A stretch of 58,559 bases of DNA, filler included, from Sphacelaria rigidula (taxonomy: Eukaryota), in NCBI GenBank assembly GCA_964200075.2. It is 6 parts of 6 records of this genome, joined end to end, with 100 filler letters (N's around TTAATTAATTAA, not from the genome) between each part and the next. Parts side by side here need not be neighbours in the genome. Positions count along the whole stretch, not along the records: positions 29,334 to 39,009 come from CAXNAA020007982.1; positions 39,110 to 48,784 come from CAXNAA020007983.1; 4 more parts are not named here. The stretch is one strand, 5' to 3'. Below the pieces are notes generated by a model. That model saw nothing but the letters and a program-made list of their open reading frames with translations, did no database searches and had not been told where the DNA came from. A program made the position numbers and the translations under genes. Numbering within the stretch: position 1 is the stretch's first letter; every line of letters begins with the position of its first letter. Positions 35,884-48,884 of this stretch are shown piece by piece.

Positions 35884-38764
35884 GAAAACTCGCTGACTTG
35901 TTCCAGCTCCCACCCGGCCTACTAATGGCCGGTACATGTACACTACGAGCATCCAAAGACTTGCGAGACTGTCAGAGGCCCTACTATCGGAAACAGAGAG
36001 CCACGGGCGCCAATCGGTCCAACGAACAAGTAGTAGAGTAGTAGGCCACTCAAGAGTATGACAAGTGAGAAACTACACGTGACATACTCACGGAACAAAG
36101 CATTAGTGTCACTGTACATGCACTTTGCGCGATTCTAGTGAAACACTACAAGCACGTTTTCCCCGGGGACTTTTTCGGCAAATCAACTGGGGGTACTTGC
36201 GTTGCCCATGCCATGAAAAACGGGCTCGGGAAAAATATATTTACCGCGCATACCGCCATGCGCAACCAAATGTTCCCGTAGCCTCCCTCTGTGTACTGGA
36301 CATGGAGCAGATTTACAACAGGTACACAAATGTGTTTTTGTTTGTGGCTTTGCCGTTTCTGGGACTACCTTCGTACTTTGTCAAGGCCATTTTACACTGC
36401 CCTCGTGTTTTCACTGTTCAGAGCGTCGGGCCGGGAAACACATAAAATCTGCAGCCATAGGATCGTTTCTTCAAGCGCATGTTCGCCGTTCACAAACGGA
36501 ACGATCAACCCGCAATTTTCTGAGGCAAAACTATTTCGGGGGCTATTTGTATTCCTCGTAGCACGTTGATTTCCAACTTGACGGTGTTTTCGACAAAGTG
36601 TTTTGTGTGTTGTCTTCTCTCTTTTCATATGCCTGCCGTCGTCGGCGGGTGATAACGACGTTGCAGCGCCACAACTGAGAGAATACAAGACAATGTAGCC
36701 ATCGATAGCTGGGAAGCACACATGACTGCAAGGCGTATCTTCTGCGGGGCCGACGGTACAGTCACCACGTCACAAAGAAGGGTAAAGAAGGGTAAAGAAG
36801 GGTATGCACTTGAGCATTGAAAGGTACACACGAGAACAAAAAAGAGTAAAGAGACAGATTTTTGCAGAGGATAGGATGTACACTCCTCGTTTGTTCACAA
36901 AAAAGGATACTCTAGCAGGCTTTTTTGCCGCGTCGTAGTTAAGCCTAATAATACTACGTGAAAAAAATGAAAGAATGATCGGGCATACTGCTCAGACACC
37001 TTGCGCGTGGGGCTGAGGTGCTAAAACGTGTTTTCGAGGTATTCAGCCGGCGTACAGCACCGCGCCCCAAACCGAAAACTGTGTTATCCTCTTTTGTTGT
37101 AGAAACATGAGGGTAGACTCTTTTTGTAAATTGCCCATGTATTAACCTCCATCGCCAATCTTTGCACGCCATGATTGTACGAGTACAATTACTGTTTAGT
37201 GGGGCTTTCGTAGGCGCCCGTCCCATCAAATAATTGGGATCTCCACCAAGTACAATTCCGACGGACCCCTCGTGACATTCCCCACCCTCATTGTATCCAT
37301 CGTATTGATCATTGAATTGGTGGACCGCAAGTACGCGGGAAAATAAACGACTCGGTGCGAGTCATGGATGATGCGTGTTTCCCCACCGCGCGTTCAAGAA
37401 GGTAGCCCATAGTGGCTTCCACAAGTTACGATCTTAGTCGAAAAAGTAAGACTGGGCGTTTGTTTTGCGGTCATTTTGAAGCGGAAACCCCGTCGAGGCG
37501 TGACAATTACTTGATTTTAGTGTGGAAGACCGCAAAACAAGAACGCATAAGTTATGCTAATTATGCGAAAGCAAAGAAAAGAAGGCGTAGGTGAGATACT
37601 CCAAAATAGATTACATCCGATGAAACTGTTGGAAATCCGGCCTAAGTGCAGCGCATTTGCAGAAGAGTACAGGAAGTCTCCTTACAGCATGGCCGTATGA
37701 TGCGAAAACATTTTTTTCGAGTTTGTATCGATGGACAGGTAGAGACACACATTACCCCAAGTCCTTTACCGAAATAATTACGAGGGGAACCAATGTTGTG
37801 ACGTTTTACCGGTATCACGCAAGTGCAAAAATAGAACTATTTTAAAGGAAGAACAAACGAATGTACGAGCTGGGCCAGCCTAGAAACGGATTCGAGCTCT
37901 CAAAGCAAAATCTCATCGACATGAACGAGTTGGGCCATGATCCTCATATCGTATGAATAGTCCAATCAAAGGGAAGATGCCCATCTGCTCAAAAGTCTGT
38001 GCAAATATTTTCTCGTTGATTAAACCCCCATATCTTGTAATTCCTATACCTAACGGACATAGCGTCCATACTAAAACCTATATGAAACCCTCGATCGATA
38101 CATTAAGCGGGTGACGACGACTTTTGGTGGGGACATTCCCTGGAGCACGGGGAGACGATATATTCCCTCACCTTCCCCTAATTCGTTATCTATCTCGAGA
38201 TACGGCGCACACAAGTTTCTGTACTAAAGGCAATATATTACGAGCAGAGGCACGAGATTAACTAAATCGGATATCGCGTCTCAGCTTGTGAGACTTATGC
38301 TATGAAATTTCGTATGGAGAAACGATAGTGCATAAAAAGCTAAAAGAACAGCTTTTGTTCCCGTTTTTAGGGTAGTTTTGAGGAGAAATGAACACTGCTC
38401 TTGGGCTTTACCTTATTTTTTTAACACAATTTTTAGGAACTCAGCATAAAGAACCACACAGGTATGCTGAATAAAAAAAATGGGCCCTCAATTTCTTTTG
38501 GGAGAGGTTTGGGCGTTCTCGTAAAAAAATGGTCGTTTCATGATAAAACGCCCTAAACCAGTGAAAAAAAAATCAACCTGACTCCCTTTGTTTTGTTAAT
38601 TATGCCCTAGCGAGGGCCCACACAAAATTTCAATACACAAAAGCCAAACCTGGGCCGGTGAATGGCCTGCGAAGTACTGTTCTACCGACCCCGTCACTAA
38701 ACGGCCCATTAGCCGGCCAATATTTGAGTTGGATCCTAAGCTTTGGTATGGACAATGCACAGGG

Positions 38765-39009
38765 CATAATAAAGGTCGCCCCGGTAGCTCAGTTGGCAAC
38801 CTCGAAACCTTCTGACGGTTGGGTTACTGGGGGAGAGATGGGTTGATTGATCCCTTAAGACACGGACTTATCCCGAGGAAAGGGAGAGGTTCAAAGTGTG
38901 AGGAAAATAAAAACATAATAAAGGCCGCCCCGGTGGCTCAGTTGGCAACCTCGAATCCTTCTGACGATTGGGTCGTGGGTTCAGTTCTAGGAGCGATCTG
39001 GGATTTTTT
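38765..39009 (+). mobile_element. SINE2 3' fragment inserted into a SINE1 head, with a 60-bp duplication
   Basis: 38765-38824 is repeated at 38914-38973 on either side of a SINE2 3' end. Confidence 0.75.
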
Positions 39010-39109
39010 NNNNNNNNNNNNNNNNNNNNNNNNNNNNNNNNNNNNNNNNNNNNTTAATTAATTAANNNNNNNNNNNNNNNNNNNNNNNNNNNNNNNNNNN
39101 NNNNNNNNN
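39010..39109. other. Artificial scaffold-joining spacer
   Basis: N44-TTAATTAATTAA-N44. Confidence 0.98.
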
Positions 39110-39769
39110 AGCCGGGACGGAGCACGCCGGGTTTGCGCCGGACCAGGCTCGCACTCAACCACCAAGCGCGGAGCGCCGTGATGGGGGGAAAGGGGTGGGG
39201 GGGGGGCGTACTAATTTGGGGTGGGTGGGTGGGTGGGGGGGAGTAGACGGCAGCGTATGTGCCAATCTATGTTTACCGTGTTGTTCGAATGTACAGAGCG
39301 TCAGTGAACACAGTTCAGGCATTCGTGTCGGCTGCTGTTCGACACTACACCTATCTGCACAGCGACAAGTGAAGGAGGCTTCGGGGGCAAGGTCTCATCA
39401 GCTACCGCAAAAGAACACGTCCGGAAGCATGGCTCTCGACAAAATGCCAGTCACTAGCGGTGGAGACAAATAATTATCCGTTTATGTTACGTGCTAACAA
39501 GCACTGGGGTTGCTTTTCAGCGCAGAATACGATACAAAAATTCGCTGATCGATACTTTCAAGTGCTGTCTTCCCCGTAATAGCTAAAAAAGAATGGCAGG
39601 AGCACAATCCCCCTTTCATTTATTCGATCTGCAAACTTTGGTGGTTAGCGGCCATTCCAGGTGGGACCGAGACACGTTTCGCGAAGACATACGTCCAGAG
39701 TTTAGTTGGGCGCACATCGTGGTAGGATTCTCCTCGAGAGTTGTTTCGGACTAATAACAGCGTTTACAC

Positions 39770-39892
39770 CGCAGGAGGAAGGTGGGAAAATCAAAACAAA
39801 TGCAAATAGAAAAATACGCCCGTGCTGGCCTTTCCTCCTGTGTGATCCCGGCTGATGCGCCCACATATACCGAAAGGTGTAGATAGGATGAC

Positions 39893-39945
<53 letters not shown>
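39770..39945 (+). mobile_element. SINE family 1, 3' fragment with (CA)n tail (other fragments at 14047-14165 minus and 58068-58320 minus)
   Basis: Shared ccggctgatgcgcccacatataccgaaaggtgt core. Confidence 0.8.
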
Positions 39946-39946
<1 letters not shown>

Positions 39947-40374
39947 AACTGGGGAGTGATGCCGCGATAGGCTTCCCTAGAAGCGTGGCTCCTCAGAGGG
40001 GGCAAAATGTACATGTAAATCAAAATAGCGAAAGCCGGCCGAGCACACCGAACAGCTGGGAACTCCCATGCTTGGGATCATTGACGCCAATGTTACCCAT
40101 ATAAGGCGCTTCATGCAGTCTGAAAACCAGCTATCATGCGCTGTATGGCCATTTTCTTCTTGGTAGTTTTTACGCTGGTTTGGGGGAGGGGGGGAGCGGG
40201 GGGGGGAGGGGGGGGGTGTATCGCGGCACCACTCTGGGTTCGCGTTCAAGGCAAAACTTGCTCTGTTGATTCTTCTGGATACATGCCGAACGCGGAAAGC
40301 TACTCATAGCACCGTGTTGTTGATACAAACATTCCTCGTGCGGCAACTGGCCTCCCGAACCGTTCGATACCGAC

Positions 40375-41839
40375 CTGCGCATTCTCCGTGATGTGAAACA
40401 AGACCTCGTCTAGCCTAATCCCCCCCCGTTCTCGAGCATCCACGTGGTGAAATATTTTGGTCAACAAATATTCCTCTCTTTCAGGGAACAGCTCGGTGAC
40501 CGCCATTGAATCTTCCCCCCCATCTCCAAGCAACCGACCTCCCCGCGAACCCGCTCCTCTAGATTGAGATATCCTCGTCACGGGTCGGAATTCATCCGTC
40601 TCAGTCGCCGAACCCGGCGCCGATACCCAGCTGCCCTTGCTTCGTACGCTCCGCCGCCTATAGTCCATCTCTGCTTTTCTAGTGCCCATATCACTTGGAG
40701 AAGAATTGCGGCACAAAATTAATTCTTCGGCACGACTAAGCTCTCGATGTGCACGTTCTTCGTCCTCCTTGTCTTGCTCCCCTGACCATCTCTCATGATA
40801 GGCCAGAAATTTCCGCTGGAAAGAGGCGAGCAATGACTGACCCGGCGCTCCTGGTTTCAACAGCATGGACGGGGAAGGCTGGTTGCCACCGCCCTCCCCA
40901 AGTTGTGTGTTTTCTCCTGCATTCCCTCGCCTCCAAGTGTTCCCTGCTCCACGTGCTGTTGGTGTTGTTGTCGCTGCTGCTGTTGCTGTCGTCATTGCTG
41001 TTGTTGTCGTCGATGCTGTTGTTGTCCCAGGAAACAGTGCGTGCCGTTGGAGACCAGCAATCTTGCTGGTACACGGAGCCCCTGGCATAGGGGGCAAGTG
41101 AATTGCGTTGTTGGGCATAACCTCCACGGGCCACTGTGTGTCATTGGATGTGCAACCTCTTGCACCCCGAACGTCGAACGCTCCGACCTCCACAAGACCG
41201 GCTGCAGTAGTGCCGGCGGTTTCGGCGGTGTTCGTCGCGAATGCCGGTGGATCCGCCCCGATGTTGTTGGGGTGTTGGTTAGTTGTCGTGGCGTTGCCCT
41301 GATTGTCAGAGAGGTACCTCGGGGGCAAGAACGAATCGCCCACGGGCACTACGTGGTATGCCTTTTTGCCTCGGAAGTTGTGAAAGGATCTAGTCGACGA
41401 ATGCCGGGAGCTTATGTGCGTTCGTCCAAAACCGGCAGTGGTAACATCATGGTTTGTGCCTCCAGGAATTGCTCCACATTCTTCGTCGCTGCTGGCAGTT
41501 TTAGAGCTGTGGTCGTTCCGCTTCACGGAGGCCGCCGCCGCAACCGACTTTTGCGATGATCCCACGGGCATGATTGTTGTTCCATCATCACTATCATCGC
41601 GTCCCTGCTCAGCCGCACCCATAGTATCGTTTTCGTTCTGGTTGCTGTTGATGTTGCGCGGTGCATCTCTGGGGCGGTAGCCAGTGAAAATGGTCCCTGC
41701 GAGAGAACCGCCGTGTTGTGTGTTGGGTTCCCGAGAGAACCGTAGCGGGTGTTTGGCCGCAAGCACAGGCGGTGGTGGGCGTGGCAGGGCGGCGCGGGTG
41801 GGCCATCGATAGTTGATGGCAACATCTGCTGACGGTGCG
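40375..41839 (-). CDS. Large exon of an unknown, largely disordered protein ending in an EF-hand-like motif
   Basis: 1465-nt open frame between a ttctacag acceptor and a CAG|GTCGG donor. Ends EEYLLTKIFHHVDARERGGIRLDEVLFHITENAQ. Confidence 0.7.
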
Positions 41840-42365
41840 CTGTAGAAGACCTTTGCGTATATTTAGGTTCATTGCACATGAGAGCAAGTCACAAAAATTG
41901 TTCAACATCTGACTTGTTCGGTATTGCAAGATAGCCTCTGAGTATGTTGATCTTTTGACAGGCCATCCAAATCTTTCCAAATACATGCGGTTACCTGTAC
42001 TGCCATGCCGAGTGGCAAGGCGAAAAAATTCGTGGGTGTGGCATCATAAAATCCCATCATCATTGATTACTTTGACACACCTCCCTTATTCGTTACATGG
42101 TGATCAAATGTCGTTCATTGCTCATGTTTCCGTGTCCTGTTCGCCAACAAGGCAGATGCGGCCAACCGATCATGCGGGCGACCCGATAACTCGAGAATCA
42201 TATCAAACAAACGCTTCAGGACAGTGCCAGGAATACGCGAATAATTTTATTTGCTGCTTTTTCGTGTTATGATTCCGAGGAAGGTCGTATCGGGTAGGGC
42301 ATACCCGATACTATGGTATTTCGAAAAGTCAAGATCGGACCCATGCCCACAGCAGCAGCCAGCCC

Positions 42366-42724
42366 AGTGTGTGTGTGTGTGTGTGAGTTGTCGACCCATC
42401 TATGCCGGACGCCGGGCCACACCTTTCGGTATATGTGGGCGCACCAGCCGGGGTCACACAGGAGGGTCAACACAGGGGTTTTTCTCTTTTTGTTTTGTTT
42501 TTAGTACTCCACCCTCCTTCTGCGGTGCTTGCCTTTTATTTTATCGCGAGAGGCGTTCAGCAATCCCTTTTCGTCGTCGACCGTGAAGTCGAATTTTGTG
42601 TGCCCACGACATAGTCGCTCTCTACTGTTGGGCATGAGAAAAAATCCCAGATCGCTCCGAGATTCGAACCCAGGACCTAACCGTCAGAAGGTTTCGAGAT
42701 TACCAATTGAGCCACCGGGCGACC
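42366..42724 (-). mobile_element. tRNA-derived SINE family 1, full length, (CA)n tail
   Basis: Head GGTGGCTCAATTGGTAA (box A) ... GGTTCGAATC (box B), about 300-bp body, CA-repeat tail. Confidence 0.85.
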
Positions 42725-44367
42725 GGCAAAGCCTAGTGCTGTTGTTGTTCTTCCTCTCTGTAAAGCTCCTACAAGTCATTAGGAGTGACTTATGCAGGTA
42801 ATGTGCGACTTTTGAAAATACCACAATATCGGGTACACCGTGCCCGACAAGCCCTTGTATCCCTCGACCCTCGTCAGAGAACATTTCGATGAGAAGGTAA
42901 TCGGACATCAGAAGGTTGGGCTCACTTACAGTGTCTTCCTTTCTTTGTTCTCTGCGCGTGCTATCACGCTGTATAGTAGGTGCGGCAGCTCAGCTTGCTA
43001 GTCAACGTTGGAACAGAACGGTAGTGTATCCTACTCCATTGTTGTATTAGTGTCTTTTTGGTCAACACGAGTTCATGCCCGAAAAATAGTCGCGGTCCTC
43101 GTGTCTGCACCGAGGCCCACGATCTTGGGCACTAAAGGAAACTCGAGGTATATAGGCCCGTTGAAGCAAAAATGACACCAAATCGGTTTTAGCAGCACAA
43201 AAGCTACTGGTAAAGTCGCTTGTCTATGAAAGTGCACTATAACTCATGAGCACACAAACACTCTTACCTTTTGTACGTTACTATATACCGTACGGGAGAG
43301 CTGTTGTGTGTACACCGGGATAATGCCTACGGTGAACGGTTTTTGTTGGAGTGGTTACGTGGGAAATCAAGGTCGACCTTTTACGTCTAACGGGGGATCC
43401 TGAAAATGAGGTTGAACACAAAAATGGGGTTCAAGTGGTATTCCTAAAAACCACATATTTCGTGAAACAGTATTCACAATGTTTTCGTGAGATGAAGAGT
43501 ATAGCGTTGGGTGAGATTGAGTTTTATGACTCGCTTTAGCTTGACCAATTTTTATTATCTGTGTGTGATGAAGCTCGGAGGCGTTGCAAGATATACGCTG
43601 TGCGAGTGTTACTCGTAGACCCTGAGTTCCGTGACGCGTTGATATCGCGTTTGCTATTGTCATTAGTTGGGATTGTTCCGGCTTCGCCACAGGGCGCTGA
43701 CCCATCTCAATCAGAAACCGGCTTGCCTTGGTCTCTACCCTGGACCATCGCTACGCTCTGCTCCTATGGCTGCGCCCCGGCTATGCTGAGTAAGAGAGGC
43801 TTGTAGATATAACATGACGCTATGAAACACGTGAGTTCCTAATCAACAGTCTGCACATGGATGAGCCTACTGTGTGATTGTGTTTTGATGAATAGCTCCC
43901 AGTCAGTGCATTAGCTATCCTAGCATCATGACATGTGTGCTTTTCTTAGCGTGCAACACTGGCGTGTGTTTTCAGCTACACGTCAATACTTACTCAGAGA
44001 TATCGAGACATCTAGGGCTTCAGTGACAAGCTACTACAGAAAGCGTATCGGACCTATCGTGGCGGGGCACTTCGGAATCGAAGCGATGCCTTAATTGATT
44101 GACCGCTTCTCACTTTCAATCGTATCCCCTACTCTCAATTTCACGAACACAGTGATTATTGCAAAAACAATAACAGAGGTTATTTTTTTTTGTCTCTTAA
44201 AACTTCTCCTAGCTTACCTTGTCGCTTGCTCCGCCGGTGTCTACAACTTCTTTGGTACATTCGGAACGGCTTTCAAAACTGTGACAATACTTCGATTCTT
44301 TTTTCACGAAATTATGGCTTGTGTTCTCCCCAAGGGAGAGAGGCTACAAATACACCGCATGTCTCAA

Positions 44368-44731
44368 GGTGGCTCAGTTGGTAACTTCAAAACCTCCCGA
44401 CGATTGGGACGTGGGTTCAAATCTCCGCGAAGTCAGAGGATTTGGAATTTTCTCCTCGCAGTATGCCCAGCAGTAGAAGAGAGCGACGATGTATCTCTGT
44501 CGTGGGTGCACAAAAATTGACTTCACGGTCGACGAGGGAAAGGGACCGCTGAAATCTTCTCGCGATAAAAAGTAAAAGCAAGCACCGTAGAGGAAGGTGG
44601 AGTGCTGAAACAAACAAAAAAAACTCCTGTGTTGACCTCCCTCCCGTTCGATGCCGGCTGATGCGCCCACATACACCGAACGGTGCAGACTGGCGTCCAG
44701 AAAATTAGATGGATTGAATGTCAACGCACAC
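44368..44731 (+). mobile_element. tRNA-derived SINE family 1, full length
   Basis: ggtggctcagttggtaa...gggttcaaatc head, same body as 42366-42724. Confidence 0.85.
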
Positions 44732-44981
44732 AGCCTCAACCACAGACTGCTGGGTACATCGGACTGGTATTATACAGTACAATGAATAGTACTCGAAATG
44801 CAAATGACCGACCATTTTAATGATACTCGAGACTTCACTCGCAATACTGCATGAGCTGGGCGCTCGTTTTTCACGGTGTGCTTTGGTATTATAGTCTTGC
44901 AAGGTACTTGTAATGAGTGAACATTGTCCACTCTCTTGGTGGAGTATGACAATAGTGGACATCACGTGATATGTTCCGCAC

Positions 44982-45533
44982 CTCCAGGTAGCCCCGTCTG
45001 GCAACATCCTCAAGCTTCTCCCTCATAGCGTTTCTCGTTTCTCGCGTCCTCAAATCATCCTCCTCCCACAGTGAAAACTTTGCCTCCTTCTCTAGGTGCG
45101 CCCGTACCGCGTGGCTTTCTAGATCTTCCCTCTCCATGGACGCTTGGGCTTCTGCCTGCCGCTTCTGATTTGCCTCCAGACCCCAAAAATGATCCACAGC
45201 ACACTGCTCTATCTCAGCGTTCATCATACCCAGTCTTTCCCGCTCATGGGCTAGTAATGGTGTTGACGTCTCTGGGTTCCTTGTCGCCGCGGCCACAGCG
45301 GCCTTCACAGGTTCTCCGTTGCTCAAGCTTTCAATCGAGTCAATCTTCCTGTTGAAGTGATCTCGGCCGGCTAGCTTTGTGGATATCGGCGGCCCCGCCG
45401 CCCTGTTGCCTTGATCCCTGCTCATGAGCGTCGTGTCTACCCAGAGGGTAATGTCGCCCACCGGCTCGACATTATCGGCACTATTCATTATGAGTGCAAT
45501 ACGTTGCGTATGCCTGGCGTGATGCGTGATGCC
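44982..45533 (-). CDS. Upstream exon (probably the same gene), coiled-coil-like
   Basis: 552-nt open frame with cgtacag acceptor and GAG|GTGCGG donor. E/R/A-rich helix (EANQKRQAEAQASMEREDLESHAVRAHLEKE). Intervening exon(s) are needed to fix the phase with 41839. Confidence 0.62.
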
Positions 45534-46145
45534 CTGTACGCGTTTGCACGGGATAAGGTTAATGAGACACGCGAGTAGGGTATCGGGAGATGAAGATACT
45601 CAACTTGTAATCACGCCGCATTTCTGGATGTGTATATTTCGGGCTATTCCCAGCGCGAAAGGGGATAATATGGAGCCGGAGCCGAAAACGTTCCGCGAAC
45701 TGCGGGCATGACGCCTTGGAGTACATCAGTGTGTACGCTTTGTTCCTGGGAGAACTATCAAGCACCCCGAGGCCCTCGCACGGGTGACTTGATCCCTTTG
45801 GGGATTCATGCGTACCTAACATTTGATGAAGTGTGAAAAATCGGAATACTGGTGACAGATGTGTTTTTGTGAGCGAATTTTTCAACATGTAAAGTCAAGT
45901 GTACATGTACATACTGTACTATACCCAGAATTTACTCATCCGCAAAACTTGAGGCATTTTCCCGAGACTCTGAAAATTTGCACACATATACCATGCGTCA
46001 TGCCAAAATGTTCTGATGAGATTGGGGTTTTGTTTTTCTTCATTTCACCGGTTATCGGGGGTCCCACATGTAGTATATATGTATGTATATACAACATATG
46101 TGCACAAAGTTTCAGAGTTCAAGTCCCCAAAACGGCGTTCAAGCC

Positions 46146-46329
46146 CTGTCTAATCAAATTATTTTCGACTCGAAAACATACGGTGGAATCGAATTTGCTC
46201 TCGCCTGATGCGTTCACGGCATTCATGTTATCAACCATCTGAGAAAATAATTAGCGTGGACGCATCAGAAACGAGCGAATTCGATTCGATCGCACGTTCT
46301 CGACACGAAAACAATTTGATGAGACACAG
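46146..46329. repeat. Imperfect ~75-bp inverted repeat (old MITE/foldback)
   Basis: 46146-46218 pairs with 46255-46329. Confidence 0.7.
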
Positions 46330-48784
46330 TCTACGTTTTCCGTTGCATGTTGGAGCAATGCTACGGTAGGGCAGGGTAGGGGTACACTTTTCGCGCGAAA
46401 TCTTGTCGGGTTCAGGAGCTCCTAACGAATCTAGATGCACAAGAATCTGGATCAGGGCATCCCCGTTTGCAAATAAGAGTGTTTTCGTGAGATTGAGAGT
46501 AGAGGATGCGATTGAGAGTTGAAAGCTGTCAAATAGTGAATGAATCGCTTCAGTTCCGAGATGCCCCCCTCCGCGAGACCCAATATACCCTCTGTAGTAG
46601 TACGAGCTGGGCCGGCAGTAAAGCCAGCATTCTCTGTCGTCACCACAACTCTTCATGTTTCCCATATCAGCACGACCTGAGCATATCACTGTGAACTGCA
46701 GACTAACCTGGTAACATGAGGCACGACCGCTGCTCGATTGGTGCACTTTTGGCGATGACGTTATCGTACTGCATTGAGTACCTAGCACGTCCCAGTTCTT
46801 TGTGCGATAGCGTGTCTGAAGACGTTTCGTTTCACAAAATGCGATGGAACTACGATAAACCGTTGCGCCGCATAGGCACACGCACACCTGATACGCCCAG
46901 GCAAGAGCACACTGGTCGTGCTGCAAGATGGCATCAATAAGCTCATCATAAGCTCCATAATGGGAGAGAACTTCCGAGCCAACTGTCCTATATCACCGCG
47001 CGAGGGAGAAGTAGCACTTAAAACTGCGCTATACCCCCCCCCCCCCCCCCCCCCACCCCCCCCAACCCCACACCCACCCCCACCCACACCCAAAACAAAA
47101 NNNNNNNNNNGGGAGAAATTTTCCGATTCATCTTTTCTTTTTCCCCTCGCGTGGGAGAATTAGCTCTTAAATCTGCTCTATTCCCCCCCCCCCCCCCAAA
47201 AGCAAGACCACCCCCAAAACATCGAGACCCTTTGCAACCCAGAGGTACAAGAGGTTATGCACGACTAGTGTGCACACAAGAACGTTTTTGTTGTGTCGGG
47301 ATTTGAACTCCTGACCTGTGTCATTTGAGGCTCTTGTATCGGTTTGACCATTGGGATCACACAAAAAGTGCGACGCAAAGCCCAATTTTACGTTTTTTTG
47401 GCTAAAACTCTACAAGGATGTGGTTGACGCGAGTGCCCGTATGTGCCGCAGCGTTGTCATCGCCTTTATCATCTTTTCTAGGAAGTTACAGCATTTTTCC
47501 TGTTTTAGTTGAAACGTCAACTCGCTCTAACTTATGTTTTTTTTTCCTCTGCACCCCTCACAGGGTTGCGTAGCTTGATGATAAATTTTTCGTGTCAAAA
47601 TTTCAGTACCTAACTCCTCGAATTGCCAAAAGCATCTCCACTCTTCGTTTAAAAATCACTGATGGCCGGTCCAGCTCGTAGCTGGCCACTGAGACCCTTG
47701 ATACCCCTGCGTAGGATACCAACGTGTAACTGTAAGCACACGCAAGTGATGGAGACAAAAAAAGCACACACACGGAATGAAAAAATGGCCACGTTAAAAC
47801 GAAAGATCTAAGCTACTGTCGATCAGCGCTCTACTCTCAATCTCACGAAAACGTTGTTAAATTCAGTTGGGATATCCCCTGCGCATTGGAATAGTAATCC
47901 TGGCGTACTCTCACATACTTTCATACGTCGCGTTTTGCATGAGATCAAGGGCTCCGAACAATTCTAGCCTCACAAAATATTTCTGCACCCCTAGCGTAGC
48001 ATCTCTTGTTATATGATGGTATGAACTTGAATAAACGGCTCTTCCGGTACGGTTAACCCCTGATCGCCGGAGTAGTATATGGTAAAGCAAGCAATGAGGC
48101 CAGGCTGACCCAGGGAATTGTAGCGGGATAGCGTTACTAACCACCGTAGGCAGAGCATTCTGCAAGATATTGTACGTTGGAATGAGGATAATGCTCGAAA
48201 AAGCGAGGGTCTGTCGAAAGACGAGTACTGGACACGTAGGCCCCAAGATGGAAAATTCGAGTTTCTGAGGGGGGGAGGGATACTTAGCCTGCTGTCCCCT
48301 TGTTTGTTGCCGAGGCGTTGGCAGATATAGTCAGCTGTCGTGAATAGAGATCTTTGGCATGGAGACCGATGAGATGGCGGACACGCCGCCCCCCCCAGCT
48401 CATCGCATAACATGATTGCATTTATTGGGTCATGTTCCGTGTCGTGTGCCTCGAGTACCTACCGTAGTCCGGACAAGTTTGGCGAAGCGTGAGAGAATGT
48501 TGCTACTTCGGCTGCAGGCTGGCGCTACCGTGCGCTCGTGTGCATAATGTGTGTGAGCATGGCCGGCATCCGAGGTCATCGGGACAGAGCGGGCAAGGAG
48601 CAGAAGCGAATATACGAACCTCGTATAGCCCACCAGACTGTCCGATTTTTGTCAGTGTTTCTTGATCGATTCCTTCAATATTAACAGGGAAAAGAATCAT
48701 GATGATTTTCGAAAAAATGTCTCCCGGAAGGGGGCGTTCTCATGTGTTGCTTGCCTTAGTCATTTGACTATTGACCACGCATCC

Positions 48785-48884
48785 NNNNNNNNNNNNNNNN
48801 NNNNNNNNNNNNNNNNNNNNNNNNNNNNTTAATTAATTAANNNNNNNNNNNNNNNNNNNNNNNNNNNNNNNNNNNNNNNNNNNN
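48785..48884. other. Artificial scaffold-joining spacer
   Basis: N44-TTAATTAATTAA-N44. Confidence 0.98.

Noticed and set aside
40749-41680. Cys-rich and other plus-strand ORFs
   Set aside because: Antisense shadows of the low-complexity minus-strand exon.
44368-44425. tRNA gene (also 42660-42720, 35630-35700 and 47295-47360)
   Set aside because: Only box A/B-like motifs without a convincing cloverleaf. The first three run into a shared repeat body and are SINE heads. The last is a single weak candidate.
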